This document shows positions 44,908 through 53,566 of a stretch of 64,000 bases of DNA, piece by piece. The translations under genes and the position numbers were made by a program. The notes below the pieces were generated by a model, which did not search any database, was not told the origin of the DNA, and was given only the letters and a program-made list of their open reading frames with translations. Each line of letters opens with the position of its first letter. Position 1 is the stretch's first letter. The DNA is from Dehalococcoidia bacterium (lineage in GTDB: Bacteria; Chloroflexota; Dehalococcoidia; Lucifugimonadales; UBA3495): assembly GCA_965219925.1 (NCBI GenBank), contig OZ244795.1, positions 4,165,049 to 4,229,048 on the forward strand, written 5' to 3'.

Positions 44908-46141
44908 ATGGCCAATTCAAATCCCAAACAATTGGTGACTTTCCGATGCATTCCCGTTAACCAGCCCATTGGAGTGTTTTACATCGGAGCCATGGAGGCT
45001 AGGGATCTGGTTGCGATTTCATGGGCGGACGTTCGCCGCATTGCTCCTGATGAGAACCAGCCAACCGCAGTGGCTGATGGCACCGACTCTCCAAAGAATC
45101 ATTGGGGAGGGAGACCCGACGCCGGAATTAGTTGAACCTCTAGACGAAAAGGTCATCCGCTACGAAGATCAAGGATTCGAACAATTCTTGGGAATCCAAC
45201 GTGAACTAAACCGGACCCGCGTTGGGGAACTTAAGCAATACGTCCAAAACATAGATGCTACTTTCCCGACTGCGATCTTGTTGGCGATTTCATCTCAACA
45301 TGCGAGTTCCGACGAACACCAGAGTGTTTTGTCAATCGTACGCCACAGTAAGGTAGCGAAGATAATAGATGGACAACACCGGATAGCCGGCCTAAGCGAG
45401 CTTGAAGACCAGACATTTCAGGTTAATGTAGCGATATTCATCGATATGGACATCCAAGATCAAGCGATGGTATTCGCTACTATCAACTTGAAGCAGACGA
45501 AGGTAAACAAGTCATTGGCATACGACCTCTACGAATTTACAACGAGCAGGAGTCCTCAGCGAACATGCCACGATGTTGTTCGGTTCCTCAACGGTCGCCA
45601 GGACAGTCCGTTCCACAGGAAAGTCAAGATGTTAGGAGTAGGACTGGAGCCAACCGAAACTATTACTCAGGCGACGTTCGTAGATAGATTATTGAGGTTC
45701 GTCTCAAGGGATCCGATGGGGGACAGAGACCTATTGCGGCGCAGAAAACGTTTAATCCCAGCACGCGGAGCCCAGCAAAAACATCAGATTTTCCGAGACC
45801 TTTTCATAGACGAAGAAGACCACATCATTGCGCTCGTGCTCTGGCATTTCTTCCTTGCAGTACGGGGAAAATGGCCTGAGTCCTGGCAGAATGTTGAGAG
45901 AGGGAACATCCTGAATCGAACAACCGGGTTTGGTGCATTGATGAGATTCATGAGAGTGGCGTATCTATCAATGGAAACTCCGGGCCGAGTAGTCAAAGCT
46001 GACGAGTACAGCCCCATTATGGAGGCGATCGACTTGGATGACGGGACATTTACCCCAGACAGGTATCTACCTGGTTCCAGCGGGGAAAAAACGCTGTTCG
46101 ACGAGTTAGTCGACAGGTCTAAACTCCAAGAGTATAAGTAG
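44908..46141 (+). pseudogene. DGQHR-domain (DndB-like) protein with a frame disruption near 45045-45135
   Basis: The N-terminal part in frame 1 (QPIGVFYIGAMEARDLVAISW) stops at 45135. The rest lies in frame 2 and carries LGIQRELNRTRVGELKQYV, IIDGQHRIAGL and FATINLKQTKV. G-runs at about 45100-45112 are the likely indel site. Confidence 0.7.
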
Positions 46142-46241
46142 GCAGATGAGCGTGTGCCATTTGAGACGCTAAATGGGCCATGCGCGACCCTTTGAGGTCA
46201 TTAGGCTGGACATCCGCCACGTACCGCTATCCCCCTAGTGG

Positions 46242-46356
46242 GCCCGTGGGTGGGATCCCAGCCGCCTTAGATCGGGTACTGGCTGCAGATGAATTCGATG
46301 TAGGCGGGTTGGCCGGTTTCGTTGGCGGTTTGGGCGCGCTGCAGGGCGGAGATACG
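46242..46356 (-). pseudogene. orphan fragment of the 3' end of the TPP-enzyme gene
   Basis: Aligns by eye to 47804-47918 at roughly 80 percent identity. An in-frame stop (taa replacing tac) is present on the minus strand. Confidence 0.8.
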
Positions 46357-46553
46357 GAAGAACCAGCTGGAGCTTGACTGCTTCGTCCAGCCCGTCCGCC
46401 GGCGATTTTTTCTCGGCCGCTATTGGTTCTTACGACGGACGGCCAATTTCGGTGCCGGAGAAATTTGCGCCGCATCAGGATTTCCTGGCCTACCACCGGG
46501 AGCATATTTTCAAAGGGTAAGAAGCGCTTAACGCTAATTGCCTTCCCCGTGTC

Positions 46554-46697
46554 CTACTTCACGACCCCACCACTGGCACCAGCCGTTGGTTGCAGGGGGC
46601 AACGGTTAGGAAGGCGCCTTCCAGGGTGTAAGGGCCCAGCAGGGGGGGCATTCCTTATTCGCCGAAGATGACCCAGGTGTTGGTTTCGATGCTGGCC
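46554..46697 (-). pseudogene. orphan fragment of the 3' end of the aspartyl protease gene
   Basis: Aligns by eye to 47410-47553 at roughly three quarters identity, with an indel and an internal stop. Confidence 0.75.
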
Positions 46698-46703
46698 ATC
46701 GCG

Positions 46704-47081
46704 TTATAGCGGCTTCACTTTATCTGCGAGCCAGTTGGACAGTTCGGCGAAGCGGAAGGAGTTGGTATCGAACAGCTCCATGAAGTAGTCGTAGGCTTCC
46801 CTGTTGTCGCAGTCGATGAAGTGGCCGTTCATCCGCAGGAAGGCGTCGGTGACGAAGAAGGCGACCCGTTTATTGCCATCTACGAAAGGGTGGTTCATAG
46901 CCAGGCTTTCCATGAGGGCGGCGGCTTCCTCAATGATGCCATCGTAGTACTCTATCTAGGGGCGCATTATGGCCGACTCCAACGAGCCGGCGTCGCGTAG
47001 CCCGGATTCGCCACCAAATTGGCGGATCAGGTCATCGTGCATGTCCACGGCGTCCTGGACAGTCGGGAAGTTGCGGGTCAT
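46704..47081 (-). pseudogene. doc: Doc/Fic-family toxin with an in-frame TAG at codon 42
   Basis: Hand translation gives MTRNFPTVQDAVDMHDDLIRQFGGESGLRDAGSLESAIMRP-stop-IEYYDGIIEEAAALMESLAMNHPFVDGNKRVAFF. The stop is cta at 46956-46958. The ATG overlaps the antitoxin stop (ATGA). Confidence 0.8.
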
Positions 47082-47305
47082 TGGGCCAATAGTTCGTAGA
47101 GGTGGCGGTGTTTCTCGACGCTGTCCCGGTAGTAGGCCATTACCTCAGGGAGAACACGCTCCCGCTTGCCGGTTTCAATATACAGCCGCATCGCATCTTC
47201 CAGGACGGCTTGAAAATAACGGCCCTGTTCGTTGGCTATTGCGCGCATCTCGGCCAGCAATTCAGGAGAGGCCTGGCTGGAAAATTTCTCACGCTGTGCG
47301 ACCAT
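47078..47305 (-). CDS. ribbon-helix-helix-type antitoxin
   Basis: 75 aa. Reads KFSSQASPELLAEMRAIANEQGRYFQAVLEDAMRLYI. Has a 4-nt overlap with doc. Confidence 0.65.
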   Translation of the reverse strand: MVAQREKFSSQASPELLAEMRAIANEQGRYFQAVLEDAMRLYIETGKRERVLPEVMAYYRDSVEKHRHLYELLAQ

Positions 47306-47409
47306 TTCAAATTCCTCGCCTAATCAGATCCCTTGCCTAGTGTGTGGGGTCAGGCTTAGCCATTGTGAATTGAGGTGTCAAGATTGATCTTGATAGGTTG
47401 GTGTTCCGG

Positions 47410-47766
47410 CTACTTCAGCGACCCCACTACTGGTATTAACTGCTGGTTGTAGGGGTCAACGGCGAGGAGGACGCCTTCCAGCGTGTAGGCGCCCAGCAGG
47501 GGGAGCGTTCCTTCCTCGCCGAAGATTACCCAGGTAACGGTTTCAATCCCTTCCACTTTGGCGTTGGCCTGTGCCATATCCAATTGCATTTGCTCGCCGC
47601 CGGCGTACTCGAAAGTCGCCCGCTTTGTTGGATGAATGCCCAACCCGTCCAGAATGGCGCGAGGGATTACCGTCGTCGTGGCGCCGGTGTCCGCCATCAC
47701 TTCAATATCTTCAAAATGCTCGGCGCCCAGGTTGCCAATCTGGATGGTAATGCTGAAAGTGCCCAT
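47410..47766 (-). CDS. retropepsin-like aspartyl protease (118 aa)
   Basis: Active-site motif MADTGATTTVIP. Only the last 118 codons of the 252-codon ORF-track entry are plausible. Confidence 0.8.
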   Translation of the reverse strand: MGTFSITIQIGNLGAEHFEDIEVMADTGATTTVIPRAILDGLGIHPTKRATFEYAGGEQMQLDMAQANAKVEGIETVTWVIFGEEGTLPLLGAYTLEGVLLAVDPYNQQLIPVVGSLK

Positions 47767-47795
47767 TCGTAGCGTCTCCTTTTCCTGTCTAATTG

Positions 47796-49463
47796 CTAAT
47801 GGGTCACGTGGGTGGGCGCCCAGCCGCCGTAGATCGGGTACTGGCTGCAGATGAACTCGATGTACGATGGCTGGCCGGTGTCGTTGGCCGCCAGCGCGCG
47901 CTGCATGGCGGGTATCACGTCCCGCGGCTCGGTGACCCGCTCGGCATGGAGACCCAGTTCGGATGCCACCCGCGACATGTCCAGATCCTCCGGCCCCAAC
48001 ACCCGGTGCGTGTAGGGGTCGTGGCCGTCGCCCCAGAACCCGGGGCCGTAGCCGGCGAAACCGCCGTTGCTGATGTGTGCCACCGTGATGCCGATGTTCT
48101 GGCGCACCGGTACTTCCAGGTTGCCCAGCATGTAGCCGACGCCGGCATCGCCGGTTACCGCGACGCACTGCCGCTGGGGGAAGGCCAGCTTGGCCGAGAG
48201 GGCCGCCGCCAGTCCGAAGCCCAGCGTGGAGATGTTGCCCCAGCCCAGGAACCCCCGGGGGATCAGAGTGTCGTACACCGTGCTGAGCTGGTCGCGCGTG
48301 TTGCCGGAGTCGTGGGTCACGAAGGAATTGTACGGATCCAGCGCCTTCATAAAGTCGCCATACACGCGGTACGGATTGATGGGCGTGTCGTCTGACGCCA
48401 TCACTTCGCGGTACTGGGCCAGGCCGGCGTCGCGGGCGGCTTTGACCTCAGCGACCACGCCGTTGGCGGGGCGGCCGGCTCCCGACGTGCGACGCGATAC
48501 CTCGTCGGCAAGGGCTTGCAGCGCGAATCTGGCGTCGCCGATGAGGGCGTGGTGGGTCGGGTAGATGCGGTTCAAGTAGAACTCGTCCAGGTTGCACTGG
48601 ATGATGGTTTTGCCCGGCGCGTTGGGTATCCCGTGGGTGAACCGACCCGGCGACAGGCTGGAGCCAACCGCCAGAATGACGTCGCTTTTTTCCAGATACT
48701 CGATGGGATGGTCGCCGCGCACGCCGACGAAGAGCGGGTGGTTCTCCGGAAAAGCGCCCTTGGCCTTCAGCGTGGTAATGACCGGTGTGTTGACCAGCTC
48801 CGCGAAGGCAGTCAATTCGGCAGAGGCTCCGGCGTAGATGACGCCCTCGCCCGCATAGATCAGCGGGTTCTGCGCGCCCATGAGCAGGTCTACGGCAGTG
48901 GCGACGTCGGACGGGTCCGGCGCGGATTTCCAGCCCTTGACGGGAGCGTAGGGATCGACGGTTTCGTCGTAGATGCCGGCGGCGTTGGGCACGGCCAGCA
49001 CCACCGGTCCCGGCCGGCCGCTGCGGAGCATGGTGAAGGCGCGGCGCATGAACTCGGGCACGCGCTCGGGGCGGTCGATGTAGCCGAACCACTTGGTAAC
49101 GGTTTTCAGGCTGGTGGTAACGTCGAACAGCGTGTTTTCGGTGCTGCCGGCCGGCACGCCGTCGGTGATGCACAGCATCGGCGAGTTGTCCTCGAAGGCC
49201 TGAGCCAGACCGGGATAAGAATACTGCAACCCGGCGCCGTTGACTCCACCCTGCACGGTGCAGACGCCGATGCGGTCGCCGCCGGTGACGCGGGAGAATG
49301 CGTCGGCCAGGGCCACGGCATAGCGGTCGTCGCGCATCATAATCATAGGCATACCCTCGCGTCCCAGGGCATTATTAATGCGGCAGACAGGAAAAGTGGA
49401 AACCCACTCCACCCCCTCCTGCCTAAGAATACGGGCGATGGAAGTGGCGACGTCAATGCTCAT
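47796..49463 (-). CDS. thiamine pyrophosphate-dependent enzyme (acetolactate synthase / sulfoacetaldehyde acetyltransferase-like)
   Basis: 555 aa with a TPP-binding motif region (GDAGVGYMLGNLE) and the N-terminal PYR-domain pattern. Confidence 0.85.
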   Translation of the reverse strand: MSIDVATSIARILRQEGVEWVSTFPVCRINNALGREGMPMIMMRDDRYAVALADAFSRVTGGDRIGVCTVQGGVNGAGLQYSYPGLAQAFEDNSPMLCITDGVPAGSTENTLFDVTTSLKTVTKWFGYIDRPERVPEFMRRAFTMLRSGRPGPVVLAVPNAAGIYDETVDPYAPVKGWKSAPDPSDVATAVDLLMGAQNPLIYAGEGVIYAGASAELTAFAELVNTPVITTLKAKGAFPENHPLFVGVRGDHPIEYLEKSDVILAVGSSLSPGRFTHGIPNAPGKTIIQCNLDEFYLNRIYPTHHALIGDARFALQALADEVSRRTSGAGRPANGVVAEVKAARDAGLAQYREVMASDDTPINPYRVYGDFMKALDPYNSFVTHDSGNTRDQLSTVYDTLIPRGFLGWGNISTLGFGLAAALSAKLAFPQRQCVAVTGDAGVGYMLGNLEVPVRQNIGITVAHISNGGFAGYGPGFWGDGHDPYTHRVLGPEDLDMSRVASELGLHAERVTEPRDVIPAMQRALAANDTGQPSYIEFICSQYPIYGGWAPTHVTH

Positions 49464-49776
49464 ATCAAATTAGTCCTCGTGGCGGTATAAGTTCCAAAAA
49501 GTGTGAGTGGAATGTAAGTAACTGTTCGGACTTGCGGGGATCTGCGGACTATTCGGCCTCTTGTGGAGGGGCAACCAAGTACAGAATTTCCATTGCAAAC
49601 CGCTTTCGTCCTCTCAAACGTGAACAGTTACGATTGTAACATTCGATTTGCGCAGTCGGCGGTCGGTGGATAAAATGGATAGCAAGGATGCGAAACTGCG
49701 TTGACAAAAGGAGCAGGTTCAATTTCGGAAGGATCAGTACTTAACTGACTCCAATCGCGGCCAGCGAACCTACGTC

Positions 49777-50217
49777 ATGTCACCTCGATATACAAACAGC
49801 CGCAGGACAACCGTTGAACAAACGGTGCGATTCTATCGAATAAGCTTAGGTAAAAATGACGATGGGGCACCAGGCACGTATGATGTTCGCCATGCACTGG
49901 AACAAATTCAGTCCTTACCTTGCGATCTGAACGCCGCGGTACCTCGCTACTTACCCGATGGCGAGGGTAACGTTCTATTCACGCACCTTCGCAATGCCGG
50001 GCATAAAACAGAACCCCATCGGGAAGCCGAGACTGATTTTGAGTTATGGCTTTCAAATCGAACTAATTTGCCTCAGATTGAGAGTGGAGGCAACATAAGC
50101 GACCTTTTAATTGCTGATAGCGAGGGTCTAGCGACCGCCATATACGCGGTATTCTTCCCACCGAATATCATAGGAACCGTTTCCGATGGCAGAGATACTA
50201 AACTAAAGCCAAGGTGA
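49777..50217 (+). CDS. hypothetical protein A (3' end altered by the MITE)
   Basis: 146 aa in low-GC DNA with no motif recognised. The last 6 residues and the stop come from the MITE. Precise excision would give a ...GRDSPTR-stop ending. Confidence 0.45.
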   Translation: MSPRYTNSRRTTVEQTVRFYRISLGKNDDGAPGTYDVRHALEQIQSLPCDLNAAVPRYLPDGEGNVLFTHLRNAGHKTEPHREAETDFELWLSNRTNLPQIESGGNISDLLIADSEGLATAIYAVFFPPNIIGTVSDGRDTKLKPR

Positions 50218-50349
50218 AATGCGCAGATGGTGGGGGTCAAACGACGGAGCCGGGTCGTTCTCCGAGTACGGATGAGAGGGATTCACGGACTTAACCCAGC
50301 TGATCATCATCGCCACTTAAATGTACATCCCACCTTGGCTTTAGTTTAG
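50198..50349 (+). mobile_element. 152-bp MITE, copy 2
   Basis: Identical to 44624-44775. Flanked by a perfect GATA direct repeat (50194-50197 and 50350-50353). Confidence 0.9.
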
Positions 50350-50371
50350 GATAGCCCAACTCGGTAAATAC

Positions 50372-50962
50372 ATGACGGCTAAGGGGCTGTCTGTGGGAGG
50401 AGAACCTAAAATACAACCTGTAATTCATCGTGAAGTTAGGGATCGGTTGGAACGATTGGGAGAAGTCTCATTATTCCAATTCGCCATAGTCCCATCTTAT
50501 GTAGAAGTGGTAGAGTCCATAGATCACAGCTTGGCTGAGGCTTTTCGTGGTATCAGGTCAGTTTGGGAAGGGCAAGAACTTTTTGAGGTGATAATTCGAC
50601 CTATGCGTAATACGAAGCGAGGTGCTCGTATGTCCTTAGTGCCAACATTACAAGAACTTATTGGACGCATCGACTTTTTCTCGAACAGCAAGAAATGCAA
50701 AGTCACCGGAAAACTCGATGGCACTACTAGGCAATTATTGATTAATGTGTTGAGCGATAAACTCAGCGTCAAAAAACAAATAGAGAAATCCAGCTCGCGC
50801 AGTTCAGCTTTGCTGGATAGGTCAGCATATATGGCAATTAAGGAAGCATATACTGACCTATATCCTGATATAGCACAAGCATCTGGGGTTGAATTGTGGG
50901 ATGGATATCGAAACAATGGCAAAGACATTTCCTCATTGCCGAAGGAACCACGGCTGTTTTAG
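50372..50962 (+). CDS. hypothetical protein B
   Basis: 196 aa in low-GC DNA with no motif recognised. Its ATG lies a few nt after the reconstructed stop of protein A. Confidence 0.45.
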   Translation: MTAKGLSVGGEPKIQPVIHREVRDRLERLGEVSLFQFAIVPSYVEVVESIDHSLAEAFRGIRSVWEGQELFEVIIRPMRNTKRGARMSLVPTLQELIGRIDFFSNSKKCKVTGKLDGTTRQLLINVLSDKLSVKKQIEKSSSRSSALLDRSAYMAIKEAYTDLYPDIAQASGVELWDGYRNNGKDISSLPKEPRLF

Positions 50963-51396
50963 CAGCGGCGATTATTACTGTATTCGCTTGGCTTCCTCAA
51001 ACTGCTCCTGTTTTGGAATCCAAACTGGAAGGAAATCGGACAAATATCTACAGAACAACTGCTGCCATCTCTGGCTCGCTACTCGGATTTTCACTGACAA
51101 TTTCGACACTTGTGCTAGGACACTGGGATTCACCACGTCTCACCCTAATCAGGAAACACAACCAACGTACTCACGAGATATGGACGACACTTCGCCAAAC
51201 AACATGGCTCTTGGCCCTGCTAACCATCATTTCGATAGTTGCCATAGCGCTGGACACCGACAAGGAGCCGTTCAAGCCAATACTGACTCCATTTCTTATA
51301 TTATTGGGGCTGATGATGACGAGGCTAGGCAGAGCGATCTGGATTATTCACGAAATCAGCAAAACAATTACGACGGGGTCACAATCGGACCTCTAG
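50896..51396 (+). CDS. hypothetical 4-TM membrane protein
   Basis: Four hydrophobic segments: TTAVLAAAIITVFAWL, AAISGSLLGFSLTISTLVLG, TTWLLALLTIISIVAIAL and ILTPFLILLGLMM. It overlaps the end of protein B. Confidence 0.45.
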   Translation: MGWISKQWQRHFLIAEGTTAVLAAAIITVFAWLPQTAPVLESKLEGNRTNIYRTTAAISGSLLGFSLTISTLVLGHWDSPRLTLIRKHNQRTHEIWTTLRQTTWLLALLTIISIVAIALDTDKEPFKPILTPFLILLGLMMTRLGRAIWIIHEISKTITTGSQSDL

Positions 51397-51435
51397 CAAT
51401 GAGACCACCGCCCAAAATTGGGGTGATCCGTACGC

Positions 51436-52209
51436 TTGCTCATGATAACTAGGAATACTTGGACCCGCCAGCAATTGCTGGTGGCGTTCGCCATGTATTG
51501 CCGGATGCCGTTTGGTAAGATTAGCTCGCGGCATCCTGATATTATTCGGGTCGCGACGGATATAGGCCGGACGCCGGCGGCTCTTTCGATGAAGATGGGG
51601 AACATCGCCAGCCTTGACCCGGCGATTACTTCAACGGGGCGCAGTGGGTTGCGGGCCGCTTCGGCCAATGATAGGGCGATGTGGGAAGAGATGAACAGTG
51701 ATTGGGAGCGGTTTGCGGTTGAGTGCGAACAAGCTCTGATGGAAATAGAGGCCATTCCAGAACCTGTCGACGACGGAATACCAGATTATGATGTTTTACC
51801 CGTTGGCGAAGACCGGATTGTGCAAGCGACTACCCGCATGGGGCAGAGATTCTTCCGGGCAGCGGTCTTGAGCGCATACAATGAACAATGCTGCATCACC
51901 GGGCTTACAATTCCCAAGTTGCTCATAGCAAGCCATATTGTCCCTTGGCGTCATGATATCGCCAACAGGACGAATCCCCAGAACGGCCTATTGCTGTCTG
52001 CGCTGCACGATAGGGCATTCGATGCTGGCTTACTTACCATCAATGACGATATGACCGTCCGAGTGTCCCGTGAGAGTATCGTAGCCGCTGGCGAATTTTT
52101 CTCAACTGCTATTGGTCATTACGACGGCCGGCCGATTTCTCTACCGGAAAAATTTGCGCCCGATCAAGAGTTTCTCGCCTACCATCGGGAGCGCATCTTC
52201 CAAGGGTGA
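51436..52209 (+). CDS. HNH endonuclease (HNH_2-type, restriction-like)
   Basis: CCITGL...LIASHIVPW...NPQNGLLLSALHDRAFDAGLLTI. The N-terminal region reads GRTPAALSMKMGNIASLDP. Confidence 0.8.
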   Translation: MLMITRNTWTRQQLLVAFAMYCRMPFGKISSRHPDIIRVATDIGRTPAALSMKMGNIASLDPAITSTGRSGLRAASANDRAMWEEMNSDWERFAVECEQALMEIEAIPEPVDDGIPDYDVLPVGEDRIVQATTRMGQRFFRAAVLSAYNEQCCITGLTIPKLLIASHIVPWRHDIANRTNPQNGLLLSALHDRAFDAGLLTINDDMTVRVSRESIVAAGEFFSTAIGHYDGRPISLPEKFAPDQEFLAYHRERIFQG

Positions 52210-52216
52210 GTAGCAG

Positions 52217-52540
52217 TTGACGACGCGCGTCCGCAAGTTGCCCGGCGCACCCGACTTGGTGCTCCGACGCTACAATGCTGTCGTGTTGGTGCAGGGTTGC
52301 TTCTGGCACGGGCACGATTGCCGCAAGGGGCAGAGTCAGCCGGCTACCAATCAGGAATTTTGGAATCGGAAACTGGACGGCAATCTTGCCCGCGACGCTG
52401 CCAATCGCACCAAACTCCGGGCACTAGGCTGGGCGGTGTTCGTAGTTTGGGAATGCCGCTTACGTGAAGATACTGATGCTTTGCTAACGCACCTGCGGAT
52501 AATGCGGTCCAGCAGCAGCTGGGACGGCGGCGGCGGGTAG
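52217..52540 (+). CDS. vsr: very-short-patch-repair endonuclease, N-terminally truncated
   Basis: GAPDLVL, VQGCFWHGHDC, FWNRKLDGNLARD and GWAVFVVWEC. A stop 4 nt upstream of the TTG start prevents any longer N-terminus. Confidence 0.7.
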   Translation: MTTRVRKLPGAPDLVLRRYNAVVLVQGCFWHGHDCRKGQSQPATNQEFWNRKLDGNLARDAANRTKLRALGWAVFVVWECRLREDTDALLTHLRIMRSSSSWDGGGG

Positions 52541-52717
52541 TGGCCGTCGGCTTGTTATGTGCTAACTGCAATATGGGTATCGGTAAATTCGACCACAACT
52601 CGCAATTGCTGCTATCGGCTACAGCGTACCTTGAGAAATGGAGCGGCTCAGCCATCTCATCAGCGTAGTTCGGATTTTGCTATGATCGGCACTCAGAAGG
52701 AAGAAAGGAGTTCCATA

Positions 52718-52999
52718 ATGGCACTTGCTAAAAACGACATTGAGCGCCTGACGCTGGACGACTTGCTCGAAGCCATCAACCCGTCACCGCCTTCTTTGGA
52801 GGAGCGCTTGCGGCGCGCCCTCGCCGGCACCATTAAGCATTGGCAGAACGGCCATCTCACCGACGAACAGGCCGAAACCATTATAAGGGCGATAGTCGCT
52901 ACCAGTGTCAATCGCCAGATGAATGAAATGGTGAACGACTTTTTCGCTCCGCGCCACCGCCGGGGCGCGGCATCGCCCCGCCGCTTTTTGCTGATGTAG
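52718..52999 (+). CDS. hypothetical protein (93 aa)
   Basis: An AAAGGAG RBS precedes the ATG at 52718. No motif recognised. Confidence 0.4.
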   Translation: MALAKNDIERLTLDDLLEAINPSPPSLEERLRRALAGTIKHWQNGHLTDEQAETIIRAIVATSVNRQMNEMVNDFFAPRHRRGAASPRRFLLM

Positions 53000-53012
53000 T
53001 TGGAGGTACATT

Positions 53013-53462
53013 ATGGGGGTCGAGTCGGACAAACCAGAACCGGATGGACAACTTCCTATGGCGGGGAATGGACACATCGATTCCTCGGAGACTCCGTTAC
53101 CTTCTCAACTTCAAAGAAGGCTACCGCCGGAAGTTGTAACGATCGCGCTTCAAATGCTCGAATCCCAGGTTGGGACTGATAGCACTACGACGCTGGACTT
53201 GACCGATGAGCAAAAAGGGCAACTCATTGGCTTGGTTGGAAGGAAATCAGATCAAGAGCATAGCTTTAAGAAGTGGTTGCTCGTTTCCGCTTGCTTCATG
53301 TTTTGCTTTATCATATTGGCTATAATTGGTCTCATAGTCTTTATGATCGTGCAAGGTGAGACTGCTACCTTAGGGCCAATTCTATCCGGCCTCGGCGGGT
53401 TGATTGCTGGCTTGGCCAGTGGCATTGGCGGTACGTATTGGTACGTTTCCCGCCGACATTAA
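53013..53462 (+). CDS. hypothetical membrane protein (two C-terminal TM segments)
   Basis: WLLVSACFMFCFIILAIIGLIVFMIV and ILSGLGGLIAGLASGIGGTYWYV. Confidence 0.45.
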   Translation: MGVESDKPEPDGQLPMAGNGHIDSSETPLPSQLQRRLPPEVVTIALQMLESQVGTDSTTTLDLTDEQKGQLIGLVGRKSDQEHSFKKWLLVSACFMFCFIILAIIGLIVFMIVQGETATLGPILSGLGGLIAGLASGIGGTYWYVSRRH

Positions 53463-53566
53463 CACCCCGCCCCCATCCTTGCCCCGTACCCCTTCCCCTG
53501 CTACACTTGCGGCATTGCTATCTACCTGTTATTCGCTACTGACGCATCGTAAGGAGAGGCCGCATT

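Noticed and set aside
47767-48168. Upstream 134 codons of the 252-aa ORF containing the aspartyl protease
   Set aside because: This part overlaps the TPP-enzyme gene and translates to R/G/H/P-rich junk. The protease domain starts at the Met at 47766, giving a typical 118-aa retropepsin-like size.
50889-51452. 187-aa ORF in an alternative frame over the 4-TM gene
   Set aside because: Its translation is polar, Cys/Asn/Asp-rich and featureless. The overlapping frame (50896-51396) gives four clean hydrophobic helices, so that frame was preferred.
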